Shown: positions 35,622-44,469 of the stretch, piece by piece
Numbering within the stretch: position 1 is the first letter of the stretch
Layout: the number at the start of each line of letters is the position of its first letter
Source: Candidatus Tayloriibacteriota bacterium
GTDB taxonomy: Bacteria; Patescibacteriota; Minisyncoccia; Phycocordibacterales; SIBU01
Direction of reading: 5' to 3'
Assembly: GCA_016188455.1 (NCBI GenBank)
Contig: JACPHR010000018.1
Location: forward strand, 5,079 to 69,078
DNA: 64,000 nt
Translations under genes and position numbers: made by a program
Notes under the pieces: generated by a model
What the model saw: only the letters and a program-made list of their open reading frames with translations
The model's database searches: none
What the model was told of the DNA's origin: nothing

Positions 35622-36590
35622 ATGCCGTGCATGACAAAAATTTCAAAATCAAAACTAAGCGGCTCGATACTCGTTACCGGCGCCACGGGCTTTGTGGGCT
35701 CGCACCTTGCCAGAAAGCTAGTCATGCTTGGCTGTGATATTCACGTTCTGGTCCGTCCAACCTCCAACCTCTGGCGGCTCAAGGATATTAGTTCAAAAAT
35801 CACCCTTCATCACGGCGACCTTGCCGACAAAGCCTCGGTAGAAAAAGTTGTGGCCGAGGTCAAGCCCAAAGGTATTTTTCACCTTGGAGCGGCCATTGTT
35901 ATAAGCGGCCTTGGCGCCGACAGTGAGACAATGGTTGCCGCCAATGTTTTAGGCACGGTTAATCTCTTGGATGCCGCCTCTTCCTATCCTTATGATTTTT
36001 TTGTGGCCATGGGCAGTTTTCTTGAGTACGGTTTCAAAGACCATCCTATAGCGGAGAGCGAGATTTGCCAGCCCGGGGAGCTTTACGGCATCACCAAGCT
36101 TTTGGGCACGCTCTACGGCCAGGCGCTGGCGCGTAGGGAAGGCAAACCCATCGTCACGCTTCGCTTGTTCACGCCCTACGGCCCGTGGAACGAAAAGGAA
36201 CGGCTGACGCACAAAATTATCGCTTCCGCGCTCGCAGGTAAAGAGATTGCTTTGACTCGTCCCACCGTGTCACGGGATTTTGTTTTTATTGACGATATCG
36301 TGGAGCTTATCCTTGAAGCGGCGCTAGCAGCTTTAAAGTATCGGGGAGAAATTTTTAATCTCGGTTCGGGCGTGCGGACGCCCATCGGCGATGTGGTTTC
36401 TTATATCTTAAAAAAAACCAACTCCAAAAGTGAAGTCAAGTGGGGAACTTTTCGCGGTGTTTCCTACGACAGCGACTGGTGGCAAGCGGATATGACCAAA
36501 ACCTTTTCCTGTTTTTCCTGGCGGCCGAAGTGCCCCCTTCACGCGGGTCTCGATAAGACCATTGAACATTTCAAAAAGTACGCCTGCTAA
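35622..36590 (+). CDS. NAD-dependent epimerase/dehydratase
   Basis: ILVTGATGFVGSHLARKL..., YGITK. Confidence 0.7.
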   Translation: MPCMTKISKSKLSGSILVTGATGFVGSHLARKLVMLGCDIHVLVRPTSNLWRLKDISSKITLHHGDLADKASVEKVVAEVKPKGIFHLGAAIVISGLGADSETMVAANVLGTVNLLDAASSYPYDFFVAMGSFLEYGFKDHPIAESEICQPGELYGITKLLGTLYGQALARREGKPIVTLRLFTPYGPWNEKERLTHKIIASALAGKEIALTRPTVSRDFVFIDDIVELILEAALAALKYRGEIFNLGSGVRTPIGDVVSYILKKTNSKSEVKWGTFRGVSYDSDWWQADMTKTFSCFSWRPKCPLHAGLDKTIEHFKKYAC

Positions 36591-36743
36591 TTTTCTTGAC
36601 ACCAGTTAGGGCTAATGGACTATACTCTCATCATAAGTAGTACGGTACTTGCACCAAAAGAGCATGTCCTAGGTCTAGAGTCCGCTCTTTTGGTTTTTTA
36701 CCAGATTTTATAGAGATATTTTTACAGTTATACACTTTCCCGC

Positions 36744-36772
36744 TTGACTTCCGGTAAGCCGCTTGCTAATAT
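36744..36772 (+). promoter_or_regulatory. Sigma70-like promoter (TTGACT-N17-TAATAT)
   Basis: Read directly. The downstream region (about 36780-36865) is structured and ends in a terminator, consistent with a short transcript. Confidence 0.3.
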
Positions 36773-36835
36773 ACTTTTGGCGCTTGGAGGGCTCTGGCCC
36801 TGTCACGGCTATCCAAGCTGTAGCCAAGTGCCGCT

Positions 36836-36864
36836 AAAAAACACCGCCTTGCGCGGCGTTTTTT
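36836..36864. terminator. Bidirectional terminator-like hairpin flanked by A6 and T6
   Basis: aaaaaacaccgccttgcgcggcgtttttt, immediately after the 36868 stop. Confidence 0.45.
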
Positions 36865-36867
36865 AGT

Positions 36868-37449
36868 TTAATCGTTTTCCGGATTACCGCTATGCAAAAC
36901 TCGACGGCTGTTCGTTGAATCAATTTTCCAATATGGAATGACGCTCCAAAAATGTTTCTCGCCGCCTAAAACCTGCTTGACAATCACTTTCATACGAACA
37001 TTTTCCAGTACGGCGATAAATTCATAGAATGTTACTTCTTTCAAAACATGCTCCCAGCGACTACTTGTTTTTTGGTCCTCAAACTTTTTCGTAGACCAAA
37101 TACCTTGAACGGTGTGAGATTTTCTTAGCACTTCTGCCACAAATGGCAACAACTTCAATCGGGTATATTGGTCATCCCGCACTCGAGCAACCTGATCTGA
37201 CTTGAATTTGAGATGTTTTAACCCTTTAGTGTTGAAAGAAATCTTCTCTTTAAAATATGGGCAGTAAATCTCACCGATAGACGCGTAAAGTTTCTCGGCT
37301 TTATTGCTTACTTCCACAAAATCTTTTTCGTCTTTGAGATTAAATGTGCCCATGGTTTTAGTGTTTCGTCGCGTCCACCAACTTGTATAACGACCCTGCT
37401 TTGTGAGTAGGCGACAATGTTTTGCCTTTAACGCCCGTAATTTCTTCAC
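36868..37449 (-). CDS. Hypothetical protein (lower GC than neighbours)
   Basis: 193-aa ORF, basic N-terminus, no recognisable motifs, composition visibly more AT-rich than the flanking sugar genes. Confidence 0.4.
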   Translation of the reverse strand: MKKLRALKAKHCRLLTKQGRYTSWWTRRNTKTMGTFNLKDEKDFVEVSNKAEKLYASIGEIYCPYFKEKISFNTKGLKHLKFKSDQVARVRDDQYTRLKLLPFVAEVLRKSHTVQGIWSTKKFEDQKTSSRWEHVLKEVTFYEFIAVLENVRMKVIVKQVLGGEKHFWSVIPYWKIDSTNSRRVLHSGNPEND

Positions 37450-37474
37450 CGGTCAAGGGTAGGACCAGAGGATT

Positions 37475-38746
37475 TTATTTTGTAGCAGGTTTTGCTTCCC
37501 CAATTCGTATGACTTTTACGCCGGGCCGGTTCTTGAAATATCTAAAAGGGTCAATGACCACCGAGCCTTTCGGGAAACGATAGGTGTTAAATACTTCGTG
37601 CTTGGTAGCTAAGAAATAAATAGCTGGTTTTAATTTCAATGGTTTGTCATCAATATGAGGGTCGTGATGAGTATGCTTCAGTTCTCGTTCTCTAAGGATA
37701 TTTACTAATAGTGTCGCGGGGCTTCCGACAGTCAGATTAGTGCCGGCCTTGAAAGATTTTCCAAGAACGATAATCGGCAATTTATGCTTTTTATGCTCGG
37801 CATGTACGAGATTCGCCAGCCATTCGGTCTGATGTTCCCGCGCCATCATCAAATCGTTGAAAATGTTGTGGGACAATTTCAATTTGCCAGCGAGCCAGCT
37901 CATGGCTATATTGTCTCTGGGGTGGCAGCCGCCGCCGTCTCCCATGCCGCCGGAGAGATACCGCGGACTCATCAGACGATGCCGAGCCAAACCGATTGCC
38001 CGTGTGACACTATCCGCGTCGGCTCCCACATTGTGGCAGATTTCCATGACGGTGTTGGCAAACACTATTTTCATTCCGATGTAAGTGTTATAGGCCACCT
38101 TTATCAATTCCGCCGATTTAATGGTGGTCTCATAAATGAGACCGCGGTGGATAGTCTGATAGAAATTCTTTAACGCTCTGGCGGCCGCTTTTTCGTCAAC
38201 GCCGATTAAAACAAATTCCGGATTGAGAAAGTCTTTCACGGTCGTACCCATGGCGATAAAGAGCGGTTCATACACCAAGTGGATGTATTGGTTGAGGAGA
38301 GGTTTTATTTCCCGCTCTATGGTGCCTGGCAAGACGGTGGAGATAATGACTAAAACAATGTTTTTACGCAATTTTTTCGCCGCCGCCACCACATCTTTTA
38401 TGCCGGCAACCAAAAAGGAGTATTCAAAATCGGCCCGCTCTTTCGGCAATCTGGTTGTGCCTTCAAATTTTTCATGGTGCGGGGTTTGAATCGGCATGAA
38501 CACCATATCGGAAAATTTTACCACCTCCTCAACCGAACCCAGTTTGATTTTGGTTTTTTTGAGCAGAGCCGGCGCGCCTTCCTCTTGGTAGGGGATTTTT
38601 CTCTTTCTGAGATATTCCGCAATCTTTGGACTGATGTCGTAGCCCATGACCTTGTACCCCTTGCTTTCAATGGCCAGCGCTACCGGCAACCCGAGCTTGC
38701 CCAAGCCGATGAAGCCGATGTTTTTTTTGGAGCTCTTTTTATTCAT
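37475..38746 (-). CDS. NDP-sugar dehydrogenase (UDP-glucose/UDP-ManNAc dehydrogenase family)
   Basis: NIGFIGLGKLGLPVALAI N-terminal Rossmann, UDPG_MGDP_dh central and C-terminal regions. Confidence 0.7.
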   Translation of the reverse strand: MNKKSSKKNIGFIGLGKLGLPVALAIESKGYKVMGYDISPKIAEYLRKRKIPYQEEGAPALLKKTKIKLGSVEEVVKFSDMVFMPIQTPHHEKFEGTTRLPKERADFEYSFLVAGIKDVVAAAKKLRKNIVLVIISTVLPGTIEREIKPLLNQYIHLVYEPLFIAMGTTVKDFLNPEFVLIGVDEKAAARALKNFYQTIHRGLIYETTIKSAELIKVAYNTYIGMKIVFANTVMEICHNVGADADSVTRAIGLARHRLMSPRYLSGGMGDGGGCHPRDNIAMSWLAGKLKLSHNIFNDLMMAREHQTEWLANLVHAEHKKHKLPIIVLGKSFKAGTNLTVGSPATLLVNILRERELKHTHHDPHIDDKPLKLKPAIYFLATKHEVFNTYRFPKGSVVIDPFRYFKNRPGVKVIRIGEAKPATK

Positions 38747-38766
38747 AATATTGTGTTATTTGTTAA

Positions 38767-39729
38767 TCAAGCGTAGAGGATTTTAAAAGCCAGGGTTCTA
38801 ATCAGGCTGTGTTTTTTAAGGTCCAGATTTTCCGCCGGCATGCCGGGATTCAAAAATCTAGCGACGGTAGGGATATTTGAAGCGCCGTGGAGCATGAACG
38901 CGCATTTGGCCAAAAGCAGGCAATCAATGAGCACTTCCTCCGCCAGCATTCGGCGATTATTGGTTTTCATAAACCTAATACCCGCGACCGTGACATCCTG
39001 CTGGGTAGAATAGGCGACAAGCTTGTCCCCGTAACGCCTCTTAAACGCCTTGAGAGTGGCCGGGTCGTCGGTCGCCAGAAATATTTTAGAGAAGTTGCCG
39101 CCAACAAGCAAGCGGTCAATTTTCTCAAAATAGCCTTGGAGCGGATATTTGATGAAATACGGGTCGGGTTTGCCGGTGGCGCCGTGGGCCATTCTAAAGG
39201 CGTCAAACGCTCCGCGGTATTGCACGGCAAGACATCTTTTTCCTTTGAGGCGGGCGGTGTAAAACTGTGCCACTTTGTCCAGAATTTCTTTTTTAATCCG
39301 GAGGCGGTCATTAAACACTCGATGAAAAAGTTTTCGCTGTCTTTGGCTTAAGTCGGAGTAGGGATTGCGGTGCATTCTCGTCAGAAAAAGATAGCGGTAT
39401 ATCTTTTTTGACTGCGGAGTGTTTACCACCGGTTCAAAACAGTATTGCCACATATTTTCTTGGGGCGAGTCATTATAAACCGTATGGCGATAATCAACAA
39501 AAATATCCTTTTCGCCGTTAACGGAAATGAGATAGAGCACCTCGCGAACGAAAGAGAAAAAGCCGCGGCCGACGGACGGCTGGTGGCTGGTGTCGTTTAT
39601 GAATACCGCCTCCGAGCTCACGCGCCGGACCTTCAAGGCGTTTCGCGCCGACAGGCCAAAATCGGCAAGCGTGTCGGATAAGAGTCGCATCCGAAATTTT
39701 ATTTTTGGCCACATCTTGCGTATGCCCAA
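38767..39729 (-). CDS. Hypothetical protein (possibly glycan-related)
   Basis: 320-aa soluble ORF, no confident family assignment. Confidence 0.3.
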   Translation of the reverse strand: MGIRKMWPKIKFRMRLLSDTLADFGLSARNALKVRRVSSEAVFINDTSHQPSVGRGFFSFVREVLYLISVNGEKDIFVDYRHTVYNDSPQENMWQYCFEPVVNTPQSKKIYRYLFLTRMHRNPYSDLSQRQRKLFHRVFNDRLRIKKEILDKVAQFYTARLKGKRCLAVQYRGAFDAFRMAHGATGKPDPYFIKYPLQGYFEKIDRLLVGGNFSKIFLATDDPATLKAFKRRYGDKLVAYSTQQDVTVAGIRFMKTNNRRMLAEEVLIDCLLLAKCAFMLHGASNIPTVARFLNPGMPAENLDLKKHSLIRTLAFKILYA

Positions 39730-39739
39730 TTTGGGTATA

Positions 39740-39862
39740 GGACTTACGCAATCGGATGCAGTTCGAGGCGCGAGCTCGGCTTGCGACCAAGCTGTAGTTA
39801 GATGCTACTGCGCGGGAGCAAACGAGCGAAGCAACGAAGAAATGCGCCGATTGCGTAAGTCC
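39740..39862. mobile_element. Family-B palindromic element (intergenic copy)
   Basis: Perfect 16-bp ends ggacttacgcaatcgg / ccgattgcgtaagtcc. Interior matches the copy inside the nucleotidyltransferase gene. Confidence 0.6.
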
Positions 39863-39974
39863 TAAAGAAATAATCACCACATGGTCGCATATTCATCGGC
39901 AAAAATCAATCAACTACCGCGCAGCAAACTGACTAGGTATACCGAGTCAGACTTGCTGGCAGTGCGGTAGTTGA

Positions 39975-40076
39975 CCCAGCACCATTTTCACCGATATGCC
40001 GCTTGTGATATATGAAAATCTTTCCCCAATCATGTATAACAGTTAGAAACGAGCATTCTGTAAAAATGGTGCTGGG
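39975..40076. repeat. Family-C palindromic element
   Basis: cccagcaccattttcacc...ctgtaaaaatggtgctggg; same ends as 4918-5021. Confidence 0.5.
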
Positions 40077-40160
40077 TTGATTATCCGCAAGCCACCTCAA
40101 AAATTTCCGGTGGGCGGATAATAAAAAATTGAAAAATCCAAACCGTTTGCTATGATTGCT

Positions 40161-40267
40161 TTGAATTACGAAACTCGTTTTTTGCGGAGAGAAACCTCTC
40201 CCGCGCGCCTTGTCCGGACGGGAGGCAAGCGGGAGGGGTTTCTCGAAGCAAGAGTTTCGTAATTCAA
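40161..40267. mobile_element. Family-A palindromic MITE-like element
   Basis: ttgaattacgaaactc...gagtttcgtaattcaa perfect 16-bp ends. Core ccttgtccggacgggaggcaagcgggaggggtttc. Lies 27 nt upstream of the nadE start. Confidence 0.55.
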
Positions 40268-40293
40268 GACATGATTACACCCATTACGTTTCT

Positions 40294-42105
40294 ATGCGTA
40301 TAGCCATACTACAACTCAATTACACAGTCGGAGATTTTGAAGGAAACGCGGCCAAGATTCTTCAAGGCTATCGTCGCGCCCGCAAAGAAGGGGCGGAGGT
40401 AGTGCTCGGGACGGAGCTCTCGCTCTTCGGCTACCCGCCGCTTGACCTGTTGGAACGCGCTGACTATATTGCGAAACAGTACGATGAATTAAAAAAATTG
40501 ACCGCCAAAATCGGCGGCGTCCCTCTGGTCATAGGCGTTGCCGAGAAAAACGAAAACAAAAAAGGCAAACCGCTTTTTAACAGCGCGGTTGTTATTCACA
40601 ACGGGCGGATTGTTCACCGCGCGCGCAAGACACTGCTTCCCACCTATGATGTCTTTGACGAGTCGCGTTATTTTGAAGCCAACGACGGGCCGGTTCGGCC
40701 TTGGGTATACAAAGGCAAAAAAATCCTTATACTGCTCTGTGAAGATATTTGGAACGGGTCCGAGAACGCCGACAATAAACTCTACCATACCTTGAATTAC
40801 GAAACTGGCGCTTCGAGAACTTCTTCCCGCCCGCCTGCCAGCGCCGGAGCCGCAGGCTATGGCGGGCAGGCTTGCTTCCCGTCCGGACAAGGCGCGCGGG
40901 ATGAAGTTCTCTTAGCGGAAACCGAGTTTCGTAATTCAAGGTACCACAAGGACCCGCTTATAGAAGCCAAGGCGCTTTCTCCCGATTTGGTATTGGTCAT
41001 CAACGGCTCGCCCTATTTTTGGGGCAAGGGAGACGGGCGGCTGTCGCTTGTCTCGGGCATCGGCCGGCGCTTGCGCTGCCCGATATTTTACGCCAATCAA
41101 GTGGGCGGCAATACGGACCTGGTTTTTGACGGGCGAAGTTTCGCGGTGGACGGAAATGGCAGATGCATCGGAGCCGCCAAACCGTTCGCCGAGGATGTCT
41201 TGATGGTTGATACCAAAACAGCCAAAGCGGTTGCATATTCCTCCGATGCTGGCAAACCGGAAGAACTTTACAACGCGCTTGTCTGCGGGGTCCGTGACTA
41301 CTTGAGGAAAATCAAAAACACCAAAGGAGTGGTGGTGGGGCTTTCGGGCGGCGTTGATTCGGCGCTGGTCGCTACCATCGCCGTGGACGCGCTCGGTGCG
41401 GACAAAGTGCGCGGCATTGCTATGCCCTCGACCTTCTCCTCCGATGAGAGTGTCATTGACGCCAAGACCCTGGCGGAAAATCTTGGCATTCAATTTGACG
41501 TTGTTCCCATTAAAAAAGCCTACGGCTCTTTCGGAGAAATACTCGGGCCGGTCATTGGCTGGGAAAAGCCGCTTGCCTTGGCCGAAGAGAATGTGCAAGC
41601 GCGCGTTCGGGGCCTGATTTTGATGGCCATTTCAAATCGCGAGGGCAATATTGTGCTCACCACCGGAAACAAATCGGAGATTGCGGTGGGCTACTGCACG
41701 CTCTACGGGGACATGGCCGGGGGCTACGCCGTGATTTCGGACATTCCCAAGACGGTTGTCTACAGCTTGGCGGAATACCGGAACGCTAAAGCCAAGAAAG
41801 ACATCATTCCGCGCCGCAGCCTTGAAAAGGCGCCGTCCGCCGAGCTTCGGCCAAACCAGAAGGACCAGGACACCTTGCCGCCTTATGACGTGCTTGACGA
41901 TATTTTAGAGCAGTATGTTGAAGAGCAGAAAGGTCTAGCTGATATTGTTAAATCGGGGCACAATCCAAAAACGGTGGAGTGGGTAATCCAGACGATTGAC
42001 AGGAACGAGTATAAACGTCGGCAGATGCCGCCCGGGCCGAAGGTCACGGGCAAAGCCTTCGGCAGCGGCCGGCGGATTCCCATCGCGGCCAAGTTTATCC
42101 TGTAG
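40294..42105 (+). CDS. nadE: Glutamine-dependent NAD+ synthetase carrying an in-frame repeat-element insertion
   Basis: N-terminal CN-hydrolase domain (...ILILLCEDIW...) plus C-terminal NAD synthetase (VVGLSGGVDSALVA, ...SDE..., ...GYCTLYGDM...). Start refined to MRIAILQL. Confidence 0.8.
   Translation: MRIAILQLNYTVGDFEGNAAKILQGYRRARKEGAEVVLGTELSLFGYPPLDLLERADYIAKQYDELKKLTAKIGGVPLVIGVAEKNENKKGKPLFNSAVVIHNGRIVHRARKTLLPTYDVFDESRYFEANDGPVRPWVYKGKKILILLCEDIWNGSENADNKLYHTLNYETGASRTSSRPPASAGAAGYGGQACFPSGQGARDEVLLAETEFRNSRYHKDPLIEAKALSPDLVLVINGSPYFWGKGDGRLSLVSGIGRRLRCPIFYANQVGGNTDLVFDGRSFAVDGNGRCIGAAKPFAEDVLMVDTKTAKAVAYSSDAGKPEELYNALVCGVRDYLRKIKNTKGVVVGLSGGVDSALVATIAVDALGADKVRGIAMPSTFSSDESVIDAKTLAENLGIQFDVVPIKKAYGSFGEILGPVIGWEKPLALAEENVQARVRGLILMAISNREGNIVLTTGNKSEIAVGYCTLYGDMAGGYAVISDIPKTVVYSLAEYRNAKAKKDIIPRRSLEKAPSAELRPNQKDQDTLPPYDVLDDILEQYVEEQKGLADIVKSGHNPKTVEWVIQTIDRNEYKRRQMPPGPKVTGKAFGSGRRIPIAAKFIL
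40789..40940. mobile_element. Family-A palindromic element inserted in frame within nadE
   Basis: Perfect 18-bp ends ccttgaattacgaaactc / gagtttcgtaattcaagg. Encodes ...TLNYETGASRTSSRPPASAGAAGYGGQACFPSGQGARDEVLLAETEFRNSRY... without interrupting the frame. Confidence 0.6.
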
Positions 42106-42134
42106 ACTTTTTCCCGTTTCGAATTAAATCAATT

Positions 42135-42917
42135 ATGAATGAGCTGATGTATAAGGTAAAAAGAAAACTCTTACACCTCATTGGCAGTGGATGGGGTTAC
42201 TCTGGCGACTATCAAAACTGGAACCACCCTACATTTACCAGATATGATGATCCGATTATTTTTCAAAGAACACAAAAAGCTTTTGAAATGGTTAAGGCCA
42301 ACAATGCGTTATATGTTCGAGACAGCACACCGGTAAGGACTAGAGAGTATAACACCACTCTCACCAACATCTTAGATAGAATCTCAAGAGAGAGAGAGAG
42401 AGAGAGGATTGTCCTGCTAGATTTTGGAGGAGGAATGGGAACTGCGTACTTTCAAAACAAAGAACGGCTACCTTTAATGGATTGGAATATTGTTGAGCAG
42501 AAGAACCTGATTGATTACATGACAAAGGAGATACCTTACAGGTTTGGCTTGTTTACTGACACACAGGATTGTATTTACCAAAAGGATCCTGATGTCGCAT
42601 TATTTTCTGGTTCTCTGCAGTACATTGAACATCCTTATAAAATTCTGGGTTTAGTTGCCAAAACGGTTGATTATATTATTTTTGATCATACGACATTCAT
42701 TGACGCAGAAAAGGATCGTCTTACTCGACAAATCATCAATCCAAAAATCTACCCGGCACGCTTTCCTTGTTGGTTTTTTAGCGAAAACAAGATCAAGAAT
42801 TTTTTATCGCAATATGGCTTTCGATTTGAATCAGAATCTGATACAAAATCCATCAAATTAAAGGGAGTACAAGCCGCTTATAAAGATATGTTTTTTATAA
42901 AAACTCGAGTAAAATAA
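42135..42917 (+). CDS. Putative SAM-dependent methyltransferase on a low-GC cassette
   Basis: LLDFGGGMGTAYF (motif I-like). Markedly AT-rich relative to nadE. Flanked by an identical 29-mer at 42079-42107 and 42948-42976. Confidence 0.45.
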   Translation: MNELMYKVKRKLLHLIGSGWGYSGDYQNWNHPTFTRYDDPIIFQRTQKAFEMVKANNALYVRDSTPVRTREYNTTLTNILDRISRERERERIVLLDFGGGMGTAYFQNKERLPLMDWNIVEQKNLIDYMTKEIPYRFGLFTDTQDCIYQKDPDVALFSGSLQYIEHPYKILGLVAKTVDYIIFDHTTFIDAEKDRLTRQIINPKIYPARFPCWFFSENKIKNFLSQYGFRFESESDTKSIKLKGVQAAYKDMFFIKTRVK

Positions 42918-42947
42918 AAACAGCGTCATTTGTGTGATTTTTCAGCT

Positions 42948-42976
42948 CCCATCGCGGCCAAGTTTATCCTGTAGAC
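42948..42976. repeat. 29-bp direct repeat of the nadE 3' end (second copy)
   Basis: cccatcgcggccaagtttatcctgtagac identical to 42079-42107. Confidence 0.7.
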
Positions 42977-43031
42977 CTTATTATCTGCCCGCAGAATATC
43001 CAGCACTTGCTTTATCTTAATCTTACCTAAT

Positions 43032-43067
43032 GTTACCTAACTCAAGCGTACGCTTGAGTTAGGTAAC
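43032..43067. repeat. Perfect 36-bp palindrome (copy 2 of 2)
   Basis: gttacctaactcaagcgtacgcttgagttaggtaac; identical to 31674-31709. Confidence 0.6.
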
Positions 43068-43218
43068 ATAGGGCAATCGTTATTCGGTAAAAATGGCGTT
43101 GAGTCAACCTACCTAGCGGTGTGATTTTTCTCTAGTGAATGGGGTTATAGAAGCCGATTGAAAAGGCCGCCAGTGTTTGCTATGATTACGCGCACTGTCG
43201 CATTGAGTCACATAATAA

Positions 43219-44469
43219 ATGTCTCTAATTACGATGAAGGTTACTAAGACTAAAACAAAAAAAAATATCCGGGTACCCTATCTTTTGACCGTTTACGGCA
43301 AGGAGGAGATAAAGGCGGTCAATGAAGTTTTGAAAGACCCGACCAAAATCTCAAGCGGGCCAAGGGTGCGCGAATTTGAACAAAAAATCGCGGGGATGTT
43401 CGGCAAAAAATTCGGCGTCATGGTCAATTCCGGTTCCTCGGCCAACCTTTTGGCCGTGGACGCGCTTAACATGCCCAAAGGTAGCGAAGTCATCACCCCA
43501 ATTCTCACTTTTGCCACTACCGTCTCGCCCATCGTGCAGAGGGATTTAGTGCCGGCTTTTGCGGATGTAGAAGAGGGAACTTACCAGATTAATATAAACC
43601 AGATTGGCAGTTTGCTTTCCAAAAAGACCAAGGCGCTCATGATCCCGTCTCTCATTGGCAATATGGCCGACCTTTCTAAACTGAAAGCTTTCGCGAAGAA
43701 ACACAAGCTTTGGTTCATTGAAGATTCCTGCGATGTGCTGGGCGCCAAATTTGCCGGCCGGCCGACCGGAAGCTATTCGGATGTTTCCACCACCAGCTTC
43801 TACGCCGCCCACGTTATCACCACCGCGGGCGCGGGCGGCGTGGTGGCCTTTCACGACGGCGCGCTGGCCAAGCGGGCCCTTATCAAAGCCAACTGGGGGA
43901 GGGAGTCAACGCTTTTTGGTTTTTACGAAAAATCGGAAGAGCTAAAGAAACGTTTCGCCGGCGCACTCGGGGGCATGCCGTATGACGCCAAATTTATTTT
44001 CAGCGAACTGGGCTACAATTTTCAGTCAACGGAAATCAACGCCGCTTTCGGTTTGGAGCAACTCAAACGATTCCCGAAATTTGTCGCCCGCCGCAAACAA
44101 AACGCGGCGGCGCTCTTAAAATTTTTCAAACGCTATGAAGCCTTTTTCATTTTGCCGGTAGAACACCCCAAAGCAGAAACTTTCTGGCACGCTTTTCCGC
44201 TCACTATCAGAAAAGGCGCCCCATTCACCCGTCTTGAGATTACGAAATATCTTGAGGAAAGAAATATTCAAACCAGGCCGATTTTTACGGGCAACATTTT
44301 GAGGCAGCCGGCCTTCCGCCATATAAAAGCCAAGACGTTAAAAGAGGGCTATCCCGTGGCCGACCATATTATGCGCAACGGGTTTCTGATAGGGTGCAAT
44401 CATGGATTGGGAGAAAAACATATTGCCCATCTGTTCGATTCTTTTGAGCAGTTTCTCAAGAACAAATAA
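43219..44469 (+). CDS. DegT/RfbH-family PLP-dependent enzyme (CDP-6-deoxy-hexulose 3-dehydrase / sugar aminotransferase-like)
   Basis: About 416 aa with ...VNSGSSANLLAV... and ...DSCDVLGAKF... (Lys region); the length fits RfbH/DdhC-type. Confidence 0.6.
   Translation: MSLITMKVTKTKTKKNIRVPYLLTVYGKEEIKAVNEVLKDPTKISSGPRVREFEQKIAGMFGKKFGVMVNSGSSANLLAVDALNMPKGSEVITPILTFATTVSPIVQRDLVPAFADVEEGTYQININQIGSLLSKKTKALMIPSLIGNMADLSKLKAFAKKHKLWFIEDSCDVLGAKFAGRPTGSYSDVSTTSFYAAHVITTAGAGGVVAFHDGALAKRALIKANWGRESTLFGFYEKSEELKKRFAGALGGMPYDAKFIFSELGYNFQSTEINAAFGLEQLKRFPKFVARRKQNAAALLKFFKRYEAFFILPVEHPKAETFWHAFPLTIRKGAPFTRLEITKYLEERNIQTRPIFTGNILRQPAFRHIKAKTLKEGYPVADHIMRNGFLIGCNHGLGEKHIAHLFDSFEQFLKNK

Noticed and set aside
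36596-36626. Second promoter-like motif TTGACA-N19-TATACT downstream of the epimerase gene
   Set aside because: The spacer length (19) is suboptimal and there is no obvious downstream transcript; the TTGACT-N17-TAATAT site at 36744 is the better candidate.
40789-40940. In-frame extra segment in nadE considered as an intein
   Set aside because: It is only about 50 aa with no Cys/Ser-...-HN splicing motifs. It has perfect terminal inverted repeats and seven paralogous non-coding copies, so it is a repeat-element insertion.
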